NCBI GenBank assembly: GCA_963555985.3
Contig: OY820591.1
Coordinates: 1,824,001 to 1,888,000, forward strand
Reading direction: 5' to 3'
Source of the DNA: Dehalococcoidia bacterium
Lineage (GTDB): Bacteria > Chloroflexota > Dehalococcoidia > Bin125
DNA length: 64,000 bases
Within the stretch, counting starts at the first letter, position 1, and every line of letters begins with the position of its first letter. Made by a program: the position numbers and the translations under genes. The notes under the pieces are model-generated. The model was not told the origin of the DNA and did not search any database. It saw only the letters and a list, made by a program, of their open reading frames with translations. Below, piece by piece: positions 38,706-47,960 of the stretch.

Positions 38706-38776
38706 TTGCGGTGGTGTTCGGGTTTGTTCAGGGAAGTTTTTTCTTTGGGCGGACTCGGGAAAACGCGGGCAGGGCT

Positions 38777-39907
38777 TCATGAGGTTGATTGCTCCTCTGT
38801 TCTGGGTTGATTGATAGCGAGTTGGGGAGGGGTGTGAGAGATCGGGAGATGCGTGAGCTGGTCGGTGCGGGTGGGTAGGTCGATGCGGTGGTGGGCGTGG
38901 AAACGGCTGAGGCCGGGGGTTTCGATCATGCGTTGGTTGAGGAGTGGCCAGGTGGCGGCTGAGGTGTCGATGCCGATCCACCGGCGATTGAGTTTCTCGG
39001 CGGCGATGCAGGTAGTGGCGCAGCCGCAGAACGGATCGAGGACGATGTCGCCCTCGTTGGAGGATGCGGCGATGATGCGCTCGATCAAGGCCAGCGGCTT
39101 TTGGGTGGGGTAGCCGACTCGCTCCTTGTTGCCGGGGCCTCCGAGGATGCGGATGTCGTCCCACCAGTCGCGCAGGGGCGGGCCTTGGGCGGAGTAGCGG
39201 GACTCGCGCATTCCGGCGGGAATCTTGCCGTCGGCGACGGCCTGGCGGTATTTCCGCTCGTCGAAGATGGTGACCATGTTGCGGCTGTGGTTGGCGTTGT
39301 AGCCGCGCCGCCTGGCGCTCTCGTAGGTGCGCTTGGTGCCTTCGGTGAAGTCGCCGCGCTGGACGTTGAAGGTGTTGTCGTCGCCGCGCGCGTAGAAGAG
39401 GAGGACGTCGTGCTTGGCTTGCCATTTTTTGGCTTTGGAGGGCATACCGCGGTAGCCCCAGATGATCTCGTTGCGGAAGGCTTGTTTGCCGAAGATCGCA
39501 TCGAGCAGGGCTTTGAGGTAGTGGCTGGCGGTGGGGTCGCAGTGGAGGTAGAGAGAGCCGGTGGGCTTGAGCACGCGGTGCAGTTCGAAGAGGCGGACGC
39601 AGATGAAGGTGAGATAGGCCTGCATCGACTCGCCGTAGGCGCGACCTGCGGCGGTGACGACAGCCCAGATCGCGTGATCGGAGGTTTCGATCTGGGCGAC
39701 CCACTCCTCTTTGATGTCGTCCAGCGTCCAGATGTCGTCGAAGACGGCGCCGGCGGCGCCGGAATCGAGCGGAGCTTGCCAGTGCTTGCCGGTGTTGAAG
39801 GGGGGATCGAGGTAGATCAGGTCAATGCACTCGCTGTTGATGCCGCGGAGTACGTCGAGGTTGTCGAGGGTGAAGATGGTGCGGTTGTCGACGTTGAGTC
39901 TGGGCAT
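38777..39907 (-). CDS. Beta-class DNA methyltransferase, paralog of 31712-32998 without the HNH domain
   Basis: 'YLDPPFN', 'GYPTQKP', '[10 protein letters not shown]'; start placed at [10 protein letters not shown] after an AAGGA RBS. Confidence 0.9.
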   Translation of the reverse strand: MPRLNVDNRTIFTLDNLDVLRGINSECIDLIYLDPPFNTGKHWQAPLDSGAAGAVFDDIWTLDDIKEEWVAQIETSDHAIWAVVTAAGRAYGESMQAYLTFICVRLFELHRVLKPTGSLYLHCDPTASHYLKALLDAIFGKQAFRNEIIWGYRGMPSKAKKWQAKHDVLLFYARGDDNTFNVQRGDFTEGTKRTYESARRRGYNANHSRNMVTIFDERKYRQAVADGKIPAGMRESRYSAQGPPLRDWWDDIRILGGPGNKERVGYPTQKPLALIERIIAASSNEGDIVLDPFCGCATTCIAAEKLNRRWIGIDTSAATWPLLNQRMIETPGLSRFHAHHRIDLPTRTDQLTHLPISHTPPQLAINQPRTEEQSTS

Positions 39908-39989
39908 GGGATGTCCTTGGGCATATGTTCGCATGTGCTGGGCGGCTTGGCAAGAGGTTGGCGGGCACCCCCCTCTGTCCCAACGGGAC

Positions 39990-40016
39990 CGCTCCCCCCG
40001 CAGTGCGGGGGGAGCG
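39990..40016. repeat. Family C perfect palindrome
   Basis: cgctccccccgc-agt-gcggggggagcg. Confidence 0.75.
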
Positions 40017-40073
40017 GGGATTGGGCGTCGTGTATCCTTTGGAGGCCGCTTGGGCGGACGGTTCGGAGGACTC

Positions 40074-40781
40074 ATGGTCCAGCGCACGATTGATACCGGG
40101 GGAGCACCGATTCCGCTGCTTGACCCGGTGACGGATGTCGAGGACGAGCTGCGTTCGCAGTTGCTGGTCTCGACGGTGGACAAGGTGTTTGGCTGGGCGC
40201 GGCGGTCTTCGCTGTGGCCGGCGATGTTCGGGCTGGCGTGCTGCGCGATTGAGATGATTGCGACGGCGAATGCTCGCTATGACTTGGCGCGCTTCGGGGC
40301 GGAGGTGTTCCGGGCGTCGCCGCGGCAGGCGGATCTGATGATCGTGGCGGGGACGGTGACCTGGAAGATGGCTCCGCCGGTGCGGCGGATTTACTTGCAG
40401 ATGGCGGAGCCGAAGTGGGTGATCTCGATGGGGTCGTGCTCGAACATCGGGGGGCCGTTCGCGCATGGGTACTCGACGCTGCCCGGGGTGAACAACGTCG
40501 TGCCGGTGGACGTGTACGTGCCGGGCTGTCCACCGCGGCCGGAGTCGCTGCTGGCGGGGCTGATGCTGCTTCAGCAGGTGATCGACGAGGAGCACGAGCA
40601 CGGCGGTCGGCGGCGGCGGCCGGAGCCGACGGGCGACTTCTCGCGGATGCTGCCTGAGGGCGATCCGATTCGGGCGGAGCTGGAGTCGTTGTTCCCGCCG
40701 TATCTGACGGCGGACGGTCAGCCGCGCGATCGGCGCACGGGGGCGCTGCCCTACGACGAGAACTTCTTCAGCAGCCGCTAG
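40074..40781 (+). CDS. nuoB: NADH-quinone oxidoreductase subunit B
   Basis: '[10 protein letters not shown]', '[14 protein letters not shown]', 'MGSC', 'VPGCPPRPE'; RBS GGAGGA. Confidence 0.95.
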   Translation: MVQRTIDTGGAPIPLLDPVTDVEDELRSQLLVSTVDKVFGWARRSSLWPAMFGLACCAIEMIATANARYDLARFGAEVFRASPRQADLMIVAGTVTWKMAPPVRRIYLQMAEPKWVISMGSCSNIGGPFAHGYSTLPGVNNVVPVDVYVPGCPPRPESLLAGLMLLQQVIDEEHEHGGRRRRPEPTGDFSRMLPEGDPIRAELESLFPPYLTADGQPRDRRTGALPYDENFFSSR

Positions 40782-40819
40782 TCTGTTGCGGAGCCGAGGA
40801 GAGCGGAGAGGGGCGCGAG

Positions 40820-41305
40820 ATGGTGTTCGGCAAGGGTATCGCCAAGGGTCTGCTGACGGTGGTCAAGCATGTCCGCAAGGAGCCGGTGACGGTCGAATTT
40901 CCGGAGCAGGAGCGGGACATCCCTCCGCGCGCGCGGACGAACCTGGTCTGGTTCGTGGAGCGCTGCACGGGCTGCTCAACCTGCGCGCAGAGCTGTCCCG
41001 ACGGCTGCATTCTGGTGGAGACGGAGCCGCGCGAGGACGGGAGCTTCCTCGTCAACCGCTACGAGATCGATTTTCGGCTGTGCATGTACTGCGGTCTGTG
41101 CGCGGAGGCGTGTCCGTATGAGGCAATCCAGGTGGGCGGGTCGTACACGAACGTGGTGACGAATCCGAATCGGCTGTACAAGGACAAGGACGACCTGATC
41201 GAGTTGGCGAACGAGTACCTCGAAGGTCACGACTGGGTGTATCCGAACGGCCAGCGGGCGGTGGAGCAGACGGTGCATCCGACGGAGCGCCGGCAGCATC
41301 ACTAG
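40820..41305 (+). CDS. nuoI: NADH-quinone oxidoreductase subunit I
   Basis: Two 4Fe-4S motifs 'CTGCSTCAQSCP' and 'CMYCGLCAEACP'; 'VTVEFPE'. Confidence 0.9.
   Translation: MVFGKGIAKGLLTVVKHVRKEPVTVEFPEQERDIPPRARTNLVWFVERCTGCSTCAQSCPDGCILVETEPREDGSFLVNRYEIDFRLCMYCGLCAEACPYEAIQVGGSYTNVVTNPNRLYKDKDDLIELANEYLEGHDWVYPNGQRAVEQTVHPTERRQHH
41228..41305 (+). repeat. Direct repeat copy 1: 3' 78 bp of nuoI
   Basis: 77/78 identical to 42045-42122. Confidence 0.95.
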
Positions 41306-41976
41306 GGCCGCCGCGCCTCCTCAGCCAACTGCCAGACGTAGGACATGTCCACGGTCAACCCGTCTAACACGTCCTCACCGGATAGGGTTGCAGGGCGTTC
41401 CAGCAGTTCCGGGTCAAGCGCCGGGCGGTACACCCAGACAGTCAGCGCGTCCGGATCAATCAGCCAGCCGAGGCGCGCACCGAAGTGTATCCAGAGCGCC
41501 ATCCGGTCCTGCTGCTTGGCGACATCATCGGAGGGCGATTTGATCTCGACTACGAAATCGGGGCAGACCGCCCAATAGCCGCTGCCTCCTCGATGCTCGG
41601 CAGGCAGTTCGTCGTAGCGCTCGGGGCTGATCCATGAGAGGTCGGGTTCCATGCGGGGCGGCTCTTGCGGACGGCCGCCCAGCCAGTAGCCGCCGCTGGA
41701 GGTTCGCGCGCGCCCGCCGCCGCCAGCTGCCCGCCAGACTCCGAGATAGCGTGCGAGTTCCAACTCGATGTCCGAGGTGACGCCGCCCGAGCCCATGTTG
41801 ATCACCAACTCCCCATCGCAGCCGACCTCGAAGCGCCAGCCTGGATGGTCGGCGTCGAGGCGCTGCTGGAGGTCATCGTCGAATGCACCGTTGATCGGAG
41901 GCGGAATCCGAATCAGCGCGGGTACCGCAGGCAGCTCATGCGCCGTCGGCGCGGGCATCGTTGCGGTCTGAGGCAT
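41302..41976 (-). CDS. Uma2 family putative endonuclease #4
   Basis: 'EPDLSW', 'CPDFVVEIKS', 'GARLGWLIDP'; stop overlaps the nuoI stop in CTAG. Confidence 0.9.
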   Translation of the reverse strand: MPQTATMPAPTAHELPAVPALIRIPPPINGAFDDDLQQRLDADHPGWRFEVGCDGELVINMGSGGVTSDIELELARYLGVWRAAGGGGRARTSSGGYWLGGRPQEPPRMEPDLSWISPERYDELPAEHRGGSGYWAVCPDFVVEIKSPSDDVAKQQDRMALWIHFGARLGWLIDPDALTVWVYRPALDPELLERPATLSGEDVLDGLTVDMSYVWQLAEEARRP

Positions 41977-42044
41977 TGGCGTGCCGTCCTCCCGTTGGGG
42001 ACAGTCTATCGGCGGGCGCTCTCGGTGGTCATCGAGTATCTCGG

Positions 42045-42122
42045 CACGACTGGGTGTATCCGAACGGTCAGCGGGCGGTGGAGCAGACGGTGCATCCGAC
42101 GGAGCGCCGGCAGCATCACTAG
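42045..42122 (+). repeat. Direct repeat copy 2: orphan nuoI 3' end
   Basis: 77/78 identical to 41228-41305; the single difference is synonymous (GGC/GGT). Confidence 0.95.
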
Positions 42123-42820
42123 CCGGAGTCGTCTGAATCCTCGGCGTCCTCGTCGGCGAAGGCCCAGACTTCGGCCAGATGTACGGTCAAGCCATTGAGC
42201 ACGTTCTCGCCGGAGAGCGTGGCGGGACGCTCTAGCCGTTCGGGCTCCTGACTCGGTCGGTAAATCCAGACCGTTTGTTGGAGCGGGTCAACGAGCCAGC
42301 CGAGTTGGGCGCCGAAGAGCAGCCACTCTTGCACTCGTTGTTGCTGCGCCGGGAGCGAGTCGGACGGCGATCGCACCTCGATCACGAAGGTGGGGCACAG
42401 ACTCCAGAATCCGCGCTTAGGGCGATTGGCGCGCGGGGTCGCTTCCAGCAGCTGCGGGCTGATCCAGGACACGTCCGGTGCGCGTGTCTTGCTGCCTAAG
42501 TCGGGGTGATAGACCTTGTAGGTACCATCGGATTCGCGAGCTCGCCCTCCTCCTCCCGTGGCACGCCAATTGCCCACCTGCCGCATTAATTCGCCGGCGA
42601 TGTCAGAGCTGTCTCCTCCAGCGATCATCCGCACCTCCAGTTCGCAATCCGCTCCGAGTTCGATCTTCCAGCCTTCGTTAAGCCGATTGAGTCGCTCCAG
42701 TTCCTCGTCGGTGGGAGGGGCGGGCAACTGAATGCGCAGGCAGACATCGCGCAATTCGGGCGCGACGAGCAGTGCATCGGCAGTGGTCTCCGTGGTCGGG
42801 CTTGCTTGGGCGGTGGTCAT
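42119..42820 (-). CDS. Uma2 family putative endonuclease #5
   Basis: 'RAPDVSW', 'CPTFVIEVRS', 'GAQLGWLVDP'. Confidence 0.9.
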   Translation of the reverse strand: MTTAQASPTTETTADALLVAPELRDVCLRIQLPAPPTDEELERLNRLNEGWKIELGADCELEVRMIAGGDSSDIAGELMRQVGNWRATGGGGRARESDGTYKVYHPDLGSKTRAPDVSWISPQLLEATPRANRPKRGFWSLCPTFVIEVRSPSDSLPAQQQRVQEWLLFGAQLGWLVDPLQQTVWIYRPSQEPERLERPATLSGENVLNGLTVHLAEVWAFADEDAEDSDDSG

Positions 42821-42896
42821 GCTCGCTCTCCGTGGTCCGGATCGTACATGGCGCGGGATTGGCCCAGGTGGTGCTCAGGACGGACTGGGTGGCGGC

Positions 42897-44585
42897 TCAG
42901 TCGTTCGCTGCCTGCTTCTCGCGTTGGGCGCGGAGGAAGTCCTGGATCGCGTAGTAGGGCGGCTGATACTCGAAATCGCCGTTGATCAGATCCTTGCCGA
43001 CGATCCCCATCAGATGATCGTTGGGGTGCGTGAGTATTGGAGCCTGATCGCGCCACGTATATATGATGATGCCGTGCACATCATCGCGCCGGGTGAGCGA
43101 CTCTAGCTGTCTCACGACGCGGCGAACGTGATCTTCTTCGCTATTGCCCCAAGCTCCGAGATGATCTTCAGTGTGCCACAGGGGGCGATCGTGATCGCCG
43201 TAGCGCGCCATTACTTCGCGGTAGCGGTCCAGCTCGTTAGGATTCCCGTAGTGAATTCCGGCAATGTCGTGCCACAGACCGAACCCCAGCTCATACATCG
43301 CCTCCAGGAAGGTGACGCCATCAATGCCGAAGTTGGGATCAACACCACTCCACCACATACAACAGAGCGATGCAGATACTATGACAGCGTCCGGGTTTTC
43401 GTACCATACGCCCAGCGCCAGGGCCTTCAACTGCAGGATAACCTGTAACGGGTCGCTACCGAGGAAATGCCCGTGGATGTTCACCTCATTGCCCAGTTCG
43501 TAGAGATTGAGCTGCGGAAAACGACGCGCCACGGCGCGGCCGAATTCTTCGGCGTCTCGAAGGTCTCGCACCAGCGAGTTCCAATAACCTTGATACACGG
43601 GATTGGGCTGGGTGATGTCAATAGGCGACGCCCAGTTCTGAGCGCTCACAAGCAGTATGGGCAACGGGGTAAGTCCTGCTGCGCCGAGTGTATCGAATAA
43701 TTGATCGTAGTCGTTGAGTATCGACTGATTGAGCACGCAGTTGGACTCATCCCATCCGCACATCACCCACATATCGATATGGAATCGGGCATGCGTTAGC
43801 CCAAGCTGCGAAATCGCCTCGGCTGCCAGCGCGATCGTATCTTCGCCGTGATAGATCCGTGGATAAGCGAAACGGTAGGTGGTCACGCCGTAGATCATGG
43901 GTTCCGCCAGCTTAAACGGCGACAGCTTGACTACGCGCGGCAACCCGACAAATGCAACCTGCCCCCTCTCATCCGCTGCGTATAAGCGAGCATCGTCATG
44001 CTTGCCCGGCAGCAACTCCACGTTGTCCGACGCCGGACCGTGATGATTCAGACGCCCATCCAGCAACCAATACACCTCGATCTCACCGACGCCGCCCGCT
44101 ACCTCGGCCTTGACCGAGAGGCGCTCGTCGTCGGAGCGGAGCAGGATCAGGTCCTCCAGCGGGCTGTCTTCGTTGGGCCAATGGGCCTCGAAGCGCAGCG
44201 GATCGTCCGGCGGATCGGCCAGGCGCAGTTCGGCGTGCGGATCGATTTCGGCGAGCGGATTGGGAACGACCAGGTCATACTTGGCTTTGGCGGAGAGCAG
44301 ATACTGCGCGCGGGGGAGCAGGTGCAGCTCGGGCAGGGTCGGATCGTCCTGGCCGAGGAAGTGCGAGAGCCACTCTTGACGCACTGCGTCCCAGCGGTGA
44401 ATCTGCGTGACTGGAGTCTCGGCGAAGTCTGCAATTGGATAGGGCTCGGCGCCGTTCCAGGTGATGACGTTTTGGCCCGGCGTCAGGCGAAGCGTGCTGG
44501 TGTGATCGGAGGCTGAGACGAGGGCGGTCAGAGCGACAGCGGCGAGCAGCGCGATGAAGACGAAACTCAAAGGCGAGCGGCTCAT
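42897..44585 (-). CDS. Secreted clan GH-A glycoside hydrolase (GH5/GH39-like) with an unnamed N-terminal domain
   Basis: Signal peptide; acid/base 'YELGNEVN'; 'DIAGIHY'; nucleophile 'PLWHTE'; 'IIIYTWRD'. Confidence 0.7.
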   Translation of the reverse strand: MSRSPLSFVFIALLAAVALTALVSASDHTSTLRLTPGQNVITWNGAEPYPIADFAETPVTQIHRWDAVRQEWLSHFLGQDDPTLPELHLLPRAQYLLSAKAKYDLVVPNPLAEIDPHAELRLADPPDDPLRFEAHWPNEDSPLEDLILLRSDDERLSVKAEVAGGVGEIEVYWLLDGRLNHHGPASDNVELLPGKHDDARLYAADERGQVAFVGLPRVVKLSPFKLAEPMIYGVTTYRFAYPRIYHGEDTIALAAEAISQLGLTHARFHIDMWVMCGWDESNCVLNQSILNDYDQLFDTLGAAGLTPLPILLVSAQNWASPIDITQPNPVYQGYWNSLVRDLRDAEEFGRAVARRFPQLNLYELGNEVNIHGHFLGSDPLQVILQLKALALGVWYENPDAVIVSASLCCMWWSGVDPNFGIDGVTFLEAMYELGFGLWHDIAGIHYGNPNELDRYREVMARYGDHDRPLWHTEDHLGAWGNSEEDHVRRVVRQLESLTRRDDVHGIIIYTWRDQAPILTHPNDHLMGIVGKDLINGDFEYQPPYYAIQDFLRAQREKQAAND

Positions 44586-44608
44586 GCTGCGCTTCCCCAG
44601 CCTCAGTA

Positions 44609-45283
44609 TCATTCAGCGCCGCGCGCTTTGCTTTCGTCTATCAATGCCCAGATTTCCGACATCTCCACCTCCAAGCCGACCATTACGTCTTCGCCGCTGA
44701 GTGTTGCGGGACGGTCGAGGCGCTCCGGTTCGCGGTCAGGACGGTAGATCCAAACGGTTTCCTCGAACGGATCGATCAGCCAGCCCAGGCGGACGCCGTA
44801 GCTCATCCAGAGTTCCATGCGCTCTTGCTGATTTTCGGGCGACTGGGAGGGTGATCTGATTTCGAGGATGAAAGCGGGGCAGACGGCGTAGGAGCGGCGC
44901 ATTTCATCGCCTGTGAGCGCCGCCACTTGTTCGGGAGAGACCCAGGAATAGTCGGGAATCAAGAAGCGGCCTTCGTCGGCGACGCCGCCAGGCCAGTAGC
45001 CGGACTGCGAAGAGCGCGGTCTGCCGCCTCCACCGCCGCCAAACCTCCAGTTACCGAACTTCCAGGCAATCACGGACTCGATATCGCCGCTGTCACCGCC
45101 CGCGTGCATATTGATGACCAGCTCTCCATTTTGGTCCAATTCGAATTTCCAACCCGGATTGGCTTCGCTCAGGCGCTCCAAGTCCAGGTCGTTCCACGGC
45201 GATCGTTCGTCGCGGGCGATTCGGATGGCCCCACGCAGTTCTCGCGCCGCTGCGGGAGGCGGTTTGGTCGCCAGTGGCGGCAT
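44609..45283 (-). CDS. Uma2 family putative endonuclease #6
   Basis: 'LIPDYSW', 'CPAFILEIRS', 'GVRLGWLIDP'; start placed at MPPLATK after a GAGGAG RBS. Confidence 0.88.
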   Translation of the reverse strand: MPPLATKPPPAAARELRGAIRIARDERSPWNDLDLERLSEANPGWKFELDQNGELVINMHAGGDSGDIESVIAWKFGNWRFGGGGGGRPRSSQSGYWPGGVADEGRFLIPDYSWVSPEQVAALTGDEMRRSYAVCPAFILEIRSPSQSPENQQERMELWMSYGVRLGWLIDPFEETVWIYRPDREPERLDRPATLSGEDVMVGLEVEMSEIWALIDESKARGAE

Positions 45284-45392
45284 CGCACGCTGCTCCTCTC
45301 CGGAGCGAGGATAGGCGCTCGACCGAGGCGGCGGATTTTGGGCTGCTGATAAACTGAGCCTCGGTTCCACGCGCCCGCACGGGGGAGGCTCT

Positions 45393-47960
45393 ATGGCGAC
45401 GATCACGATCAATGGACGGGCGGTTGAGGCTGCGGTTGGCGCTCCGCTGGTCGAGGTCATCAAGAACGCCGGTTTTCCGATCTCGAACCTGTGCTACCTG
45501 GACGGGCTGCCGCCGTATGCCGGCTGCCGCACCTGCGCGGTCGAGGTTGAGGGGATGCGCGGGTTGCCGCTGTCGTGCACGACGACGGTGATGGACGGGA
45601 TGGTCGTGCGCACCGATACGCCGGCCGTGACGGAGATGCGGCAGGAAGTGCTGGCGGTAATTCTGGCCAACCACTCCGACCGCTGCCTCACCTGCCATCG
45701 CGTGGAGCACTGCCGCACCGGTGAGATCTGTCTACGCGACAACGAGGTCACGCACCGCTGCGTAACCTGCTCGAAGAACTACCGCTGCGAGTTGCAGACC
45801 TCCTGCGACGCGGCTGATGTGGGGCGAGCGAACGTTGAGCCGTACATCGACGAGGCGCGGACGTATTACCGCTATCAGCAGCCGGAGCCGGATCGGGCGA
45901 ATCCGTTCTTTGAGTTCGACCCGCAGATGTGCATCATCTGCACGCGCTGTGTGCGGGCCTGCGACGACCTGCGGCATACGACGGCGATCACGCTGGCCGG
46001 ACGCGGCTTCTCGACCCGGATCGCATTCGGTGCGGGTGGTCAGATTGACGAGTCGAACTGCGATTTCTGCGGGGCGTGCGTAGATGTGTGCCCGACGGCG
46101 ACGCTGATGGAAGCGCCGAACAAGTGGGTGGCGCGTCCGGATCGGTGGGTGACGACGACCTGCACCGAGTGCTCGATGGGCTGCACGATCCAGATGGGTG
46201 TACGCGACGGTCGCGGCGTGCAGGTACGGCCGGGCAACGGGAACGATGTCTCGCGCAATCAGATCTGCGTGCGCGGCCGCTTCGGCTACGACCAGACGCG
46301 GGATCGGGATCGGTTGCGGTCGGCCTGGATTGGTCGGGGCGAGGATGCGTTCGAGCAGGACGGCGATGCCGTGGTCGAACACGCCGCCGCCGCCTTGACC
46401 GCGATCCTTGAAGCGCATGGCTCGTCCGCGGTGGGTATGCTCGGATCTGGTCAGTCCACGCTTGAGGAGCTGTATGCGCTGCGAACGCTCGCCGAGCGCC
46501 TGGGCGTGACGAATCTTGATTCGTCGTTCGGCGCGGTCACGGCTGCGATCGGCTCAGCGTTGCAGGATGCATTCGGTTCCGAGCATCTGCCCTCGCGCCT
46601 GACCTCGGTCGAATCCGCAGATCTGATTGTCGCGATCGGCGATGACATTTCCGCCTCGAACAATGTGCTCGGTGTGCGGATCAAGGATGCGGTGGCGAAT
46701 AACGGCGCTTCGCTGATCTCGATTTCTTCGCGCCGCAATCCGCTCGCCGACTATGCCGTTGACGATGAGCACGCGCTGCATCCCTCCGACGGCGACTTGG
46801 CGGGCGTTTCGCAGGCGCTGGCTGCGTCGCTCTTGCGCGACCTGGACGTTCGTACCTCGCTCTCTGAGCTCGAGGGGCTTGGCGATGTTACGGGTTCGCG
46901 CGACGGTCTCGGCGCGGCGGCGACGACGCTTACGCGGCGGCGCGGGGAAGCGGTAGCGGTAGTGGTCGCGCCCTCGCGCGGCCATGCAGGCCAGGCGGGG
47001 GCGCAGGTTCGGGCGGCGGCGAATTTGGCGATTGCGCTCGCGGGAGCGGACGCGGCTCCGCAGGCGCTGCACGTGCTGCCGCCCGAGGCGAACTCGGTCG
47101 GTCTGCGCGATCTCGGTATTCGTCCCGGTGACGACGGCCTCGATGCCGCCGGCATGTTGGCGGCCGCTCGCAGCGGCGGACTGAAGGCGCTGATCGTCGC
47201 GCGGGACAATCCGGTCCTGCTCCATTCCGACCGCGACGGGACTCTTGCCGCCTTAGCCGCGCTTGACCTGCTGTTGGTGATTGACGAAGTGGAGACTGAA
47301 ACCGTCGCCGCGGCGACGCACGTGCTGCCCGATGTCTCGGCGTTCGCCAAAGATGGTCATGTCGCCAACGCCGACCGTCAGATCCTGCGGCTGCGAGCGG
47401 CGACCGCTGAGCAGCGCGGCGGACGCAGCCTGAGCGCATGGCTCGCCGAGCTGTCGAGCCGCCTCGAGGCGATTGACGGCGCGCCTGAGACTCCCGCGAA
47501 TCCGCGCGAGGCGCGAGCGGCGATCGCGCGAAGCGACAGCCGCTACGCCGCGCTCACGGAGGTTGGCACGACCCAGTCGCGGATGAGTCCCAACGGGGCG
47601 GCGACGCAGCGAATGCTGGCCGTGCCTGCAACCGGGGCGGTTGGCGGTCTGACGCTGTTGAGCGGGCGTGATCTCTACACGGATCGGCTCTCGGCGGCGC
47701 GCGGCGACGCTGACGCCGACCTGCTGCATCGCGGTGAGGGCCTTCAGATTCACCCGGCCGACGCAGCCGAGCGCGGGATCGAAAACGGCGCGGCGGTGCG
47801 GGTCAGCGCGAACGGCACGCAACTCGAGCTGGCGGCCGAGGTGACCGAGGACGTGCCGCAAGGCGCGGTCTGGGCGTCGATTTTGGCCCAGCGCGGGGCT
47901 GTGCAAGCGTTCTTGAGCGGCGAGCGCTTGGTTGGGGTAGGGGTCGCGCCCGCCGGGTAA
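45393..47960 (+). CDS. nuoG: NuoG/formate dehydrogenase-alpha-like Fe-S protein with degenerate molybdopterin-fold C-terminus
   Basis: 2Fe-2S 'LCY...GCRTCAV...SC'; 'NHSDRCLTC'; 'CIICTRCVRAC'; 'CDFCGACVDVCP'; 'CTECSMGC...CVRGRFG'. Confidence 0.7.
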   Translation: MATITINGRAVEAAVGAPLVEVIKNAGFPISNLCYLDGLPPYAGCRTCAVEVEGMRGLPLSCTTTVMDGMVVRTDTPAVTEMRQEVLAVILANHSDRCLTCHRVEHCRTGEICLRDNEVTHRCVTCSKNYRCELQTSCDAADVGRANVEPYIDEARTYYRYQQPEPDRANPFFEFDPQMCIICTRCVRACDDLRHTTAITLAGRGFSTRIAFGAGGQIDESNCDFCGACVDVCPTATLMEAPNKWVARPDRWVTTTCTECSMGCTIQMGVRDGRGVQVRPGNGNDVSRNQICVRGRFGYDQTRDRDRLRSAWIGRGEDAFEQDGDAVVEHAAAALTAILEAHGSSAVGMLGSGQSTLEELYALRTLAERLGVTNLDSSFGAVTAAIGSALQDAFGSEHLPSRLTSVESADLIVAIGDDISASNNVLGVRIKDAVANNGASLISISSRRNPLADYAVDDEHALHPSDGDLAGVSQALAASLLRDLDVRTSLSELEGLGDVTGSRDGLGAAATTLTRRRGEAVAVVVAPSRGHAGQAGAQVRAAANLAIALAGADAAPQALHVLPPEANSVGLRDLGIRPGDDGLDAAGMLAAARSGGLKALIVARDNPVLLHSDRDGTLAALAALDLLLVIDEVETETVAAATHVLPDVSAFAKDGHVANADRQILRLRAATAEQRGGRSLSAWLAELSSRLEAIDGAPETPANPREARAAIARSDSRYAALTEVGTTQSRMSPNGAATQRMLAVPATGAVGGLTLLSGRDLYTDRLSAARGDADADLLHRGEGLQIHPADAAERGIENGAAVRVSANGTQLELAAEVTEDVPQGAVWASILAQRGAVQAFLSGERLVGVGVAPAG

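Noticed and set aside
34408-45283. Uma2 array as an integron
   Set aside because: No attC-like sites recognised, genes lie on both strands at separate slots, and no integrase is present
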